This document shows, in pieces, positions 11,706 through 23,706 of a DNA stretch of 64,000 nucleotides; position 1 is the stretch's first letter; every line of letters begins with the position of its first letter. Below the pieces are notes generated by a model that saw only the letters and a list, made by a program, of their open reading frames with translations, did no database searches and had not been told where the DNA came from. The DNA is taken from positions 62,372,001-62,436,000 of the forward strand of contig CM060732.1 in the NCBI GenBank assembly GCA_030704615.1. Reading direction: 5' to 3'. The translations under genes and the position numbers were made by a program. This DNA comes from Takakia lepidozioides (lineage: Eukaryota; Plantae; Bryophyta).

Positions 11706-14344
11706 TCCCAGAACAACAAAAGGGAGAGAGATCACATCCAAGTAAGGTGTCTATTGATGTTAGCATTTAGACAAGATTACACACAAACAAAGTGAGGAAG
11801 GGGTGTGTAATGAACGACGCAGGTTTGGTAGGTCAGGTAGCTTTGCACACTCCCAGAGCTCCCCTTGCATACCTAGGCACTGGTTTTTGGGATGCCAGAT
11901 TTTGTTTGAGAGCTTGGACTCAGTTTTGAGGAAGAAGGATGGAACAGAGTGAGAGGGGGGACAGCCAAAAGATGGAAATCTCAAATATTTTGTGACTTGC
12001 CTTGGATAGTGCTCATGAAGACAACTTCATTGAGCACAGAGGAACTTATCCACAGCTCTGCAGCTACGGATACTCATGGAGCTATTTTGTGCCTAGATAG
12101 TGGAACAGACAAGTTGCTCAAATTCAAGTTGCTCAATTTCTAGCAAGATCAAGGGGCGTCCAATTGGGTCCACCACATTCCTTCCAAAATTATAAGGGCA
12201 TTACATGGGTGTGTGCCCAGCTTATTAAGACCTGCAATCTCCTTTTTTGTTGAAAAGCTAAAGACTAATGTTATGCAATATGGCAGGAATGCAGGCTGGT
12301 GGGGTCTATGATGTTGTGACCTTGAAAGGGAAGCCCTGCATTCACCAGGTATAAAATCATTGACGAAATTGTCCACTGTCCAAGCACTGTAATAAACAGC
12401 TACGATGACACATGATGGCATCTCTAAGATTTGGTCCCTTGATAGAAAGTTTGGGGATAATAAATGTATGATTGTACCAAAGATTTACCCAGTCCATGAA
12501 ATTTATGGGAGGTGTCAGTGGCTTGAAGAGCTACAGCATTATCGACACTCTGGTTACTTGATTGTCTTTGGACTTTTCTACTTCCCCTCTGTAACTTTGC
12601 ACCTTGGTCGTTTTATTAACCCCCTGTAATTTCATGCATATGGCTCCTTATCAAAGATGGTCACCTGGGACAATGGATAGCATTAAAGCACTGCTAAACA
12701 CGTTTGAGTTGTGCAAAGTGCAAAGTCCGACCACTAATGCAATACCTTTCCCCCGTGACAGTCACTAGCCGTGCAAACCTTGTACACACTGTTTTCTGAG
12801 TCATGTACTAATACAAACTTGACCCTGATATTGCAAACAAGTTTCAAGCCAGAAATGTACAAAAAAATTCTCTCAGTAAGAGATCGATTACCAAATCACA
12901 AGGTACCTCCCTCCCACATAATTACCCTCTATGGAACCATGGCTCTGCAATTTCCTCGAGACTTAATGGAAAAAACTTGTATGTTGCCAAACAAGCAAAC
13001 TTAGTCTGTACCCTTGAACTACATTATATATAACAAGTTTCCGTTCCAAGCTCTACTTGGCTGCGAATCACACTGCCAAGAGGGCAGATGCCTGAGGTTC
13101 AGCTTTGAGGTTATCATGCCTTCCAGCTGAAATCCAAGCATCTCACTATGAATCTGCAGCAATTTCCCTTTTTTTTTGGTTTTACCATGCCTGGGCAAAC
13201 CTCTATATACACTGGGCACTAAAACCAGGAGTCAGTCTAGCAATGTCATTCAGTTACTAGGTACTGATCCAGCTCTTACTGTGTATTCACCCTCACAAGC
13301 AGGAGCCAGCACAACTAACTATTGTCAACAGACAAGCCAATGGGGCCTTCTATATGGACAATTGTATACCCTGGATGTCTCCAACTCAAATAATTCCCCA
13401 AGAAAGCCCAACTGAGCATCCCTGATCATCCTTCTCTCCCTTTTGTGGATGATCTGGGCAAGGCAATGATATATACATGGAAACAAACTGTTGGCTAACC
13501 CTCTCCATTCTCCACCTTGGTCGAACAATTCTTGCATCCATCTCTAAGTTCTGCCTCAAAGGCGTGCCAGCCACCTCTCCACATGCTGCTTGTCCTCTGA
13601 GAAAAAGGCACAGGACATTGTCCACAAAATTAGGAATTCCTTACCAAATCAAATTATAGGGTAACTTCGCAAGGGTTATGATGCATACATTGGTTACACA
13701 AACAAATGCTCGTACAAGCAATCTGCAATACCTTCTCTTAAAGCAACACACACTTAGAGGGGAAGAAGCTGTCAGCCCCAAGTACTTTAGAATGATGACT
13801 AATTCAGGTCTTTCTCTCTAGTGAGGAGGGACGAGGAAGGCAGTGGAGCTATGTTTAGCCCCCAAATTAAGAGATTGTTCAGGTTTCAGCCCGATCAAGT
13901 ACAATCAAAAGGTCTCCCAGCTCTGTGTGAGCAGAACAATACCTCTTTGCACCTTTAAGGTCCACTGGGCATAGACACAAATGACACAAATGACGCAAAA
14001 ATTTGCAGAGTATGTCCATCATAGGATAAGAAGGGAAACATGAACAGACAAAGGCAGACGAGAAAGACAGAGAGAAAGACAGTACGGTCCCCAAAAGAGT
14101 TCAAGGAACTGCAAGAGCGCGTCAGAAACAAAGTTACCGGACACACGAGTATGACAATATATATCCTTTTGAATCCGTTCAGGAGCCCAATGAAGAAGAT
14201 AGTCACAGGTGATTCCCACATGCCATGAGAGTGAGACACGAAATCATAGTCCACGCTCCCTTTGAAACCGATGTTCACTGGATGTCACTACCCACAGAAA
14301 ATCGACCAGAGACACAAAAGCACAAACCGATCAGAATTACGCAC

Positions 14345-14849
14345 CTGCACTAGGGTGCCTTGCCATGTTGGCCAAAACCGATGTCCACACCGGTGGATGC
14401 GCCCCCTCAATGCCATTCCGGGATGGACCTGTAAACTGGGGAGAGGGAGAGCCGTAGCAAGGAACGAGGACCGCAAAGCTGTCCTCCAGCTCATTATCTG
14501 TGAAATCCGTGTGATGAGGCTCAAACCATCCTACCGACCAGTCTGAATCTTCAGAATCGGATCCTGACATGGAGATGCCGTCCGAGGGCACTATCACCAA
14601 GTCGAATTCCAAGTCCACCCGCTTCTCCCGCCATTTCCATGACCCTTTCGGACGCCTGCCTCGCCCCTTTCTCCCGGATTGTGGTGCATTTTTTCTATTC
14701 TGCAAGATTGGGCTAACCTCACGCTCCGTAGGTGTATTACTTTTCGGTTCGCTTTCAAGACCGACAAGAGACTGCAGTGGATAGGCGAATTTGTGGTGCA
14801 CACCCGGTCTCCGCAATCTCTCTGAAAGAGAAACAGCAGCTATGGCCAT
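14345..14849 (-). CDS. Main coding exon of a conserved plant protein of unknown function
   Basis: 170-aa ORF containing FDLVIVPSDG...SDSEDSDWSVGWFEPH...DSFAVLVPCYG, a pattern I recognise from an uncharacterised land-plant family. GT donor (GCAG|GTGCGT) near 14345; the last exon was not resolved. Confidence 0.75.
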
Positions 14850-15470
14850 CCTCCGATCCCTTCTCTATCGAATCTAATCCTCTGTACAGTTGCCTGGAAC
14901 AGCGAAATTTTCCACAAAGGCAAGCAAACTTTATACGATCACACGAATGTAGGTGTTTATGAATAGAGATCAAGGATGGAAGACCCCTAACAATGTAGAA
15001 AGCACCAAGATAACACACAAACCAATCCGGACGCACTCGCTGTCAATGATCACGGTGATGAACGATATGAACATATGCTCTTCCAACTCGTTTGTAGGTT
15101 TCTAATGAAGCGAAGCGTACAAGCAGAAACTGTAGGTGGAAGAAGGAAGAAGAAGGAGTGTTGAAAGAGGGATTGGAGAGGAGAGACGACAGCGTCACTC
15201 CGCCATCGCCCCGCAGCTCCTTCGCAGCGACGAGCAAAGAGTGCGCTCAAAGCTTCAGCGGGTTTTAGCACCCTCCGCGTGGCACGCGGTCGTGCCGCCG
15301 TGTGTCCTCTAAACCCCGGGTTGCTTTTTGGAATGTAGCTTGACCGCAGTGAGAATTCTACCGTACCCTACCACCCCGGTTAAGTTTCCCGGTTAAGTTT
15401 CCCGCCGTTATCTCATGGCTGCTCGATGCTACATAAATACTCGTACTTCCTACGATTCCCTAGGTTCTTG

Positions 15471-15590
15471 TCGGTAGCTCAGTCGGATAGTGCGCTATGT
15501 GCCACACGAGTGACTCGGTGTTCGATTCTTCCAACCGCAATCTCCTATAGCTCATAAGTGAAAAGGGATTATTTGTCCCTCCTCTTGCAG
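15471..15590 (+). mobile_element. tRNA-derived SINE, family A (internally shortened copy)
   Basis: A box TAGCTCAGTCGG and B box GTTCGATTC. The 3' segment gtgaaaagggattatttgtccctcctc is shared with the copies at 35005 and 36549. Confidence 0.6.
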
Positions 15591-16504
15591 TGAAAACGGC
15601 ATGAATCGTGCTTCAAGTCTATTAGTATATTTCTGAAGTGTTTGAACTTTGAATAAGTATTGTTTAGTCCATAGGATCAACGAATGGCACGGTGGGAATT
15701 GGGGTAAGACTTAGGGTTGTTTATTGGACCATGTGCGCACTTATGGAAGCCAGGCAACATGTTATATGTGTAAGTAGCAACATGTGCGGTTTGACTTGCA
15801 ACAACATGGGTCAAGTAACTTAGTTGTACAAAGGAATTATGGGGGTTAATAAGAGTCAAACAATTCGCCAGGAGCCTGATTTTGCATACGTGGATCTGTT
15901 ACAACGTGCCACTTGTTATATAGCCATTTTTCTGACCCTGGCGACGATCTCTCATTTTAAGATAATAGGGTCTTCAATGGGCATGTGCGATGTGGCCGGT
16001 GGGCCCCGTGCACGTACTCCGGCTCCCAGCACCCAGCCCGCCGCTGCGCGCAGTCGCCCAGCCGCGGGCGCGGCTGCAGCAACCGCGCCCACGCCCCCGT
16101 CCGCCGCGCGGCCAGTCCCCCGCCCATGAGTCCGCTGCCCTCCAGTCTGTCAGTCCGCCCAGTCCGCTGCCCAGCAGTCTGTCAGTCCGCCAGTCTGCCC
16201 GTCAGTCCGGTGCTGGCCAGTCCGTTGCCCAGCAGTCTGCCAGTCCGCCAATCTGCCCGCCAGTCCGCTGGCCAATCCCCTGCCATCCAGTCCGCTGACG
16301 ACGCAGGATCGCCACCGTCCATTCCCATAACCCATCCGAGCCCTCCATTTTTAGGGCTGCAATTCAAACCTTTATCCCTGCCGCCTGCCACTTGCCAGCA
16401 GCCGCGAACGTGCGCACTATTCTCCTGGCACGTTGTCGATCATGTCATGTACTGCGGCACGTTTCTTGCATGTTCAGAAGCGTGTCATTTGTACTGTATA
16501 GGGC

Positions 16505-19500
16505 ATGGACGTGGAAGCAAAATCCGATGATATACTGATCACGGAAAGCCCGTTTATACGGCCTCTTCGACAATGTTTGCAAACAGCAAAACCAGGACCC
16601 TTCAACATGAAGGATCTCCATTGGAAGAGTGAGACGCAATATGGGTTTATGGGTGTGCGAGTGAATGTTAAAAAGGCCTGCATACCTTGGGATAGAGTTG
16701 GTGACTTTGTCCTGGGAGAGGAGAGTTTGGAGGACTACCCCACTCAGGATTGGGTGAATGTCCATTCTAAAGTGGAACCCGGCTCGCGAAAAGCACCCAG
16801 AGCCAACACATTTCTGTCCAGTATTATGTGTGCACCATTCTCAGTTTTTTTGACGTTTCATTGCATGTCTGTTGTCATTTTTTGTTTCACGAGTTCTCTG
16901 ATTTTATGCTTCCTCAAGTCGTTGGATATCGATTTTAGAATTTTCTGTCCAGATATCAATGTTGTTACGGTCCTGATGACAAGCGCACCAACAAGGCAAT
17001 AGTGGAGGATCCAAAACAGAAGCGTGGAGGACCTCTTGTGGGTGCTGGAACATCTTGCCCTCATAAAGGCCCAAGGAGAAAGAAGTCGGAGTACGGAGAG
17101 TCTTACAAGCGTGGTTGCCAATGTTGTTTCAAGGTCCAGCAATGTTATCTCGCCCCTGACATCTGTGTCCTCACGTACTACAACAACATGGAGCATACAG
17201 ATGTGCAAGGGAAACCCTCGCATGGGAAGTCCGCAGAGTTCAGGAACACCCGCCACGCCTATGCACCACACATTAGCGAGGAATTGAAAGCCTGGGTCGT
17301 CGAGTGTTTGTGCCGAGGCCTGTCGGTCGCCCAAATCATGATGGAGCATAAAGAGCACGTGATGAACAACACCGGCTTGGGCGATGCATGGACCCGCGAT
17401 GATTTCTTGTTTGAGCAAGATGTTCGCAACCTTGCCGAGAAACGTGCGTGTGCAAACCTTCAAAAAGCACGCCGATGATGCGGAGAGTGTGCGCATGTGG
17501 AGAGACCAGAATCCTGCGTCCGTTTTTTTCTATCAAGAGGAGAAATTAGAGCCAACATTCGAGCATTTTGATGGAGATTTGACATTCACTATTGGCATAC
17601 AGACTCCGTGGCAGAAACGACGAATGCTGGAACTAGGACATGACCGTATCGTTGCATGTGATGCAACCTTTGGGACAAATCATGACAATGTACTATTCGA
17701 ACGATTCCATGGACTTGTACGAGCATGATAGCATAGTACCATGCAACATTCACATAAAATTTGGTGTGCTGACCCTTTCTGTATGTTTTCATGTATACGA
17801 TGCGGAAGACCGAGGGGCAGACCCATTGTGAACCGCTGCAGACCTCATCACTCTTATGAAGTCTTCTCGTGCAAAACTGAGCGGAATTTGCATGCTCTGA
17901 CCATCTTACATTGTGCATTCCAACAGTTCTCATTGTACACGTTGATGGTCTTCGACGAGTGGTTGAATGGTATATCAGTTGCCTATATCCTATCCGCGAG
18001 GAATCGGACAACAGACCTGGTTCCGTGGATGAGAGCCTTGCGCGATTCACTCCTCGCAGATTTGCCGAGCTGACGACCCAATGCCTTCATTGTGGACGAT
18101 GCCGAAGCAGAAATCAACGCTATTCGGTAAGTCTGTTGGTCCACAACACCGGTCCATTGTCGAGGTCCACTGCAACAGTCCATTGCTACAGTCCACTGGC
18201 AGACTCTTGTGGCGAAACCCGATGGCAATTCGCTAGGCAAATCCACTGGTAGTCCGCTGTCAAGTCCGCTCATTAGTCCCCTGGCAAGTCCGCTGGCAGT
18301 CCCCGGCAAGTCCGCTCGGCAGTCCGCTGCCAAGTCCGCTGGCAAGTCCACTTAGCAGTCCCTGGGGTCGGTCGTCCACTGCCAAGTCCATTCGGCAATC
18401 CCTGGCAAGTCCGCTCGGCAGTCCGCTGTGGCAGTCCAATGGGGTAGTCCGCTTCCCCAGTCCTAGCTAGGGGAAGTCCAATGGGGTTATTCCAGCACAT
18501 CAACGTCATGGCATTGTACTGTCCACTGGGTGAGTCCAGTGGCTCTGCCCGCTGATTCAGGTCGATGTTACAGTCCACTCCGGCAGTCCACCATTGCAGT
18601 CCGATCCCAAGACTCTAATGTGTACCATGTGTGTTGTGCAGAATTGTTTTTGAAGGAGTACTCATTTTCCTCTGCCTTTGGCATGTCCGCAAGGCATGGG
18701 TGAAGCAATCATGCAAGAAAACGAAGGATCCGGTGACCGCTGTAAACTTGTTGAAGGATATGGGAGACCTCATGTACTGTAGAGGGGGACCACGCAACAA
18801 GAAAAGAGCGCTTCGGTGGGTTGCAAAGAGAATCCGTCGTATGAGGTCAAAATACCCGAAAGGACATGAATTTCTTGACTATATCGAACAGTACTGGAAG
18901 CCCAAAATAGCAATGTGGTGTACAGCAGCCCATCATGTCCCTCATGCGAGCCAAGACACAAACGCAAGCATTGAGGCATACCATGGAAATCTGAAGGCAA
19001 GACTTGCCATGGGGAAATGCAAGATGAGTGGTCGTAGAGTGGACTGGCTTATATGGGAACTCATTGGCCGTGTGCTAACACACTACTGGTACGCAATCCA
19101 TTTGAAGACCCACGGGTTCATAAGAAATGACAAACACGAAAAGTACACATCCAGTTCTATACTTGCGGCACGAGACATTCCTGCTGAGAGTGTTACTCTT
19201 CCCTTGGGTCCTGGTGAACCAGCCTACGTTCTCAGCAGCAACCACCCCGGCACAACATACATTGTTTACAATACTGATTGCAATTGGGGTTGTTGCACGT
19301 GCCCATGGGCAATGAAGGGAAACTTATGCAAGCATCAGGTCCGTGTCCTGAAGATGCTTCACCCTGACCTGCAGGTGGCATGGCGCTGGGAACCATTCAT
19401 GGAGGATTACCTAACTTGCTCTTGCGCAATGGTGCCGGTGGCAACGACGAATCCAGTCAGTTCATGGAAAGACATCCTCCGGACGACTTCCCCTACGACG

Positions 19501-19883
19501 AGGCACCTCTGGAGGTCTCAGCCTCAATGGAACAAGAATTCGCGGACATACTTCGCATTGTAGGTGATGACAAATACCTGGAGGCACATGCCCGATCTGC
19601 TCTTCGTATGTGCAGAGGGCAACTTGTTGATATCCTAGCGAAAAGTGCGGCTAGAATGTTGCACCCTACGGCAGCAAAGGCTTTCCATTCTCTGAACAAC
19701 AACAACAACAACAACAATATGTCTCTGAAAAGGAGACGAGATTTCGTGGAGGCATGGAAAACCCGGCCTAGGGTTTTGCGGAGAACCAGCAAGAGGATGT
19801 CTGCACCTGCACCTGCAGCACATATATACTCAAAAATTCGCAAGGTTTCAAATCGTGTAGGTGTCACAAAGAAGACAATATAA
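16505..19883 (+). pseudogene. MULE transposase with SWIM zinc finger (spliced, disrupted)
   Basis: Motifs KRGCQCCF, H..VQGKPSHG, FTIGIQTPWQ, CDATFGTN (D1), FIVDDAEAEINAI (D2), LCLWHVRKAW, TNASIEAYH (E), RRVDWLI and CCTCPWAMKGNLCKH (SWIM). Frameshifts near 17455 and 19370; in-frame TGA at ~18071. Confidence 0.88.
18128..18612 (+). repeat. AGTCY short-motif array filling a transposase intron
   Basis: Dozens of (c/a)AGTCC(G/A/C)C motifs spaced ~12 bp between the GT donor at ~18127 and the acceptor at ~18641. Confidence 0.8.
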
Positions 19884-19963
19884 GTTTGCAATGCCTCGAA
19901 AAGAGACAAGGTTTCAGGTCGTGTAGATGTCACGAAGAAGACAATATAAGTCTGCAATTCCTC
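19841..19963 (+). repeat. Two-copy ~66-bp tandem repeat over the transposase stop
   Basis: caaggtttca..tcgtgtag.tgtcac.aagaagacaatataagt.tgcaat.cctc occurs at 19841 and ~19907. Confidence 0.8.
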
Positions 19964-20599
19964 TGGTAGCATTGTCCCTTTCTGAAATACAAGTCCGCAA
20001 TGGACTAATGCACAGTCTCCCAACGGACTCCTCCAGTCTCCCAACTGACTCCCACACAGTCTCCCAAGCATAGTTTCCCAACGGACTCACGCACAATCTC
20101 CCAATAGAGTCACAGTCAACAGACTGCGAACGCCAGTAAGCCAGTCTGCTGGTCAGTCTGCTGCCCACTCCAAAAGTCTGCTCACCACACTTCCACCTCA
20201 TCCCTGCAACTCTTCCAGCAGACTGCTAGACAGACTAAGTCTCAAGCAGACTCATCCACAAACAACAGACTCAAAATGGATAGGCTCCAGTAGACTACCT
20301 CCCTAACGACTCATGCCAATCCAGCGTCCCAGCGGACTCATGGACATGGTGCCTACCAGACTAGGTACCAGACCCACCAGTCCTAGCCTCGGCAGCGTAC
20401 TGCTCGCACATTCAAGCTCAACAGACTCAGGTGCACAGTGCATGGAAAAATTGACACCATTGTGTCCATTGAGTTTAGTGACAACATTACAAAATATGCC
20501 AGCACCCACAATACACAGAAGTGCTCATCACCACTGGAATAGTAAGCGAAAAGACTTGCATTTTTTATTTCGGTTCATAGACTTCACAAGACAAGTACA

Positions 20600-23500
20600 T
20601 CATCTCATGAGAGCAGTTTCTCTACATTGTCCAACCCCCACACGATATACTGGGCACACTGCATTCGCTGCCCAAGTGCAAACTTGAAAGTAAACCAGTC
20701 CTTCGTGAAAGGTGTTCATCTCTCTGGCTTTGCAGTCTTCGAGACATTTCTTCTGACTTTTACCCACTCATAAAACACTTGAATGAATGACATGATGTAA
20801 AAGCCACACTCCCAGCTGAATGGTTGCTGGGGCACATCAGGCGCGTGGAACTGAAATGCTTGGACAATCTCATGCCACTCCGGTGAGTCCATCGAGTACC
20901 CTAAGCACTCAGCATGAAGCTTCCGAATCCACCCTAGAACAAAGGGACAACTATGCGAGTCCCTGATAGAGTTCAGGTGAGTGTAACAGCCCTTGCGGAG
21001 GTCGATGATACAAACACTCCAGTGCCCCCTGCAATGGTATCAAACAACATGGCGTCATTGCACAATCATGATGGGCAGACTCAGCAAACCGACACTCAGC
21101 AGACTCAATCTTCAAACCCAGTCCACTGCACAAATACAGAGGTCAACTTAATCGCTCAGAGTCAAGACGACACTGCGAAACCAGACTATGACTCAGGAGA
21201 CAGTCTCAGCAGACTCGGAAGAGTTCTTACTCGTCCCCAATTGGCACCAAAATGAAATCGCACTCTTTCAAGTCCTTGCCCAGTCATTCAGTGCTGAGGC
21301 AACCTTTCAAGACCTCCAGAAGGCTTTCACGTTGCCCCACCCCCAATGACTTCAACACCGTCCACGTCGACGTTGGAAGAACAGCAATAGTGTTGGTGAA
21401 CGCAGCCTCAACCGACTTCTCATAGAATTACCATAGTTCCAGGAGTCTATCTGTGCACTCCGACTCAACCTTCTGGAGCGCCTTTATGTCATCCGGCGAC
21501 AGTCCGCATTCAAACCGTGGGTCCCCTTCAAAAAACATCAGCATGGAATTATCCGCCTTGACGTGCAGAGCATGTGCTTTGCCAAACCGAGCACTCCATC
21601 CTGCACAGAGCAGACCATCCTTCGGGAAGCCTCATGTACTGAACAGACTGACATTAACATGGTACCAAACACTCTATAGGCTGAACAGTTCATTAGACTG
21701 ACAAGACTAACCACAACAGACAATGATGAAACCAGCAGCAGACTGACCACAACAGAGCGCAAAGCACTTAACGACAAAGAAAGACGAGGAGACTGAGCAC
21801 AGTACTCACGTGTGCTACTCCAGGAAACGACCCACATCTTTGTCCATGTCCAAGGCCAGCTTGCGGTTCTTGTTCATAAAGACGCCAGACTTTTTCTTCG
21901 CCGGTCTCTTGGTACTCGGACCCTCCTCGACCTCCTCAGCATGGTCCACGACAGTCCGCTTCTTGGCTTTGCCTCTCATCTGGGAAGCAGGGACAGCTGT
22001 AGGCGGGCTGGATAGAGCAGACAATCGCAGCGCTGCCGCCCTACTTCGCAACAGAGGCTGGTCAGCAGGTTTGTTTACACTTGCTGGACTTGTCTTTGCA
22101 GCTTCGTGGGTCGTATGCGTAGAACTGACCCACGCATCGGGGGGCGTGCTCACCCCCACACCTTTCTTGGTTGTCGATCCCACGTTTGCAGCATGGGCGG
22201 AAGATGTCATGTCCTCAGAAATAGACAGTCTGCCAATGAAGGGATGAACATCCTGTGAGGATACCGAGCAAAATGGCGAATTAGCCCAATTTCACAATGT
22301 GCTAAAACATAAACAACAGTGCTGAAAGAGGAAATGGCACAACCTGCTCAAGAGGTAAGGGAGCAGACTCCATGTAATCCAGCGCTATACCAGACGGTGT
22401 CTGTGCCGCATGTGGATCCTTGTCAATGTGCCTACCAGCATGTTCAGTCTGTTGCTCAATGTGGGCAGTCTGCTCAGCCGCCGGTTCTTCGTCAGTCCTT
22501 TCATCTGTGAACTATGCAGTCTGCTGGCAACTCTGCGGTTCAGTCTCTTCCTCAATGTGGGCAGTGTGCTCGGTGGCAGGTTGGTCGTCAGTCCTTCCCT
22601 CTGTGAAGTGTGCAGTGTGCTGGTCAGGCCGTGCAGTCTGAACTGTGCAGTCAGTGCTGAGCTGTGCAGTCTGCCGCTCCGAGCCATTCTGATCAGTCCT
22701 TCCATCTGTGACTTGTGCAGTCTGCTGGTTAGTCTGCGGTTCAGTCTGCTCATCAATGAAGACAGTATGCTGCCCCGCCACAGGTTGCTCGACAATCCTT
22801 CCATGTGTCGACTGTTCAGTGTGCTGGTCAGTCTGGTGGACAGCCGGCTGGGTGTTCAGATCTCCATGGACTTGGGAAACATCAAGAACATGTATGGAAG
22901 ACCCACCGACAATTGCTTCCTTAGACTCTTCTGTAAGATCTATGATACGGTTTTGCGTTCCCAGATTGAGTTCGGTCATCATGTAAGACTCATCTATGGC
23001 TTTCGCCACTGAGCGCACGAAAACGGGACTAAGCTGGAAGATCATAGAAGGCAAGCCACGGGGAGCTGGATAAGAATGCTTTACCGGTGACCTGATGACG
23101 TCGTCAGTGAATGTGCATGGGGGAAAAGTGGACTCGGTCAAAACACTCATACTGGCAGATCCAAAAACATGTTGTTGGGAACTCAGCAGAAATTCGTCCT
23201 CAGGGTCCCGGTGAGGCCAGTGCATCCGAGTCTGTTGCACAATCCAAGGAACAGACTGGCTGTTAGTCTCCTGGATAGTCTGCTTGGCCAGCTGCTGAGT
23301 GTGTTCGCCACCGTGCGCGCACTTCGTCTAATTCCAAAGTGCGGGGGTCAAGCACTGATCCGCGCAAGCACATTGTGGCCTCTTTGACAATCGACATTTC
23401 TTTCAGTATCAGCCAAGGCTTGAAATCCCGTGGAATCATTGCAACAGTCTCATTGCAACCCGTGTCAACACAATGTCGATTTAGTTGGATTTTGTCCTTG

Positions 23501-23706
23501 ATAACCTCTTCACAGAAGGGACAGAAGAGCTTGTCATTTTACCAATTCGAGTTTTTGGGCTTCCGGGCGTGGAGGTCTACAAATGCTTCCACTATTTTAT
23601 GATCAAACTCGTCTGCTGAGTACCAGTACCTTCGCTCCTTCTTCAGTCTGGTTTGGTGCACAAAATCCACCCAGTCCGCTCCACCCTTTTCACAAGCATT
23701 CTCCAT
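20600..23706 (-). pseudogene. MULE accessory gene: N-terminal C2HC-like zinc finger, low-complexity linker, C-terminal Ulp1/C48 SUMO-protease-like domain (disrupted)
   Basis: MENACEKGG...W*NDKLFCPFCEEVIKDKIQLNRHC, then a Q/T-rich repeat linker and a basic KRPAKKK patch. The C-terminus reads FILVPIGDE|GHWSVCIIDLRKGCYTHLNS...DVPQQPFSWECGFYIMSFI, the Ulp1 H-(D>N)-Q-C pattern. Several in-frame stops and a frameshift. Confidence 0.8.

Noticed and set aside
15471-15540. Possible tRNA genes at 15471, 35005 and 36057
   Set aside because: A and B boxes are present but there is no proper cloverleaf or acceptor stem, and they continue into shared tails, so they were called SINEs.
15985-16530. Pro/Ser/Ala-rich ORFs at 15985-16530 and mirror ORFs at 25299-25727
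   Set aside because: Artefacts of the GC-rich TIRs and motif arrays.
18128-18612. CRISPR-like appearance of the regularly spaced motifs
   Set aside because: Units are 5-8 bp without unique 30-40-bp spacers, the context is a eukaryotic intron, and there are no cas genes.
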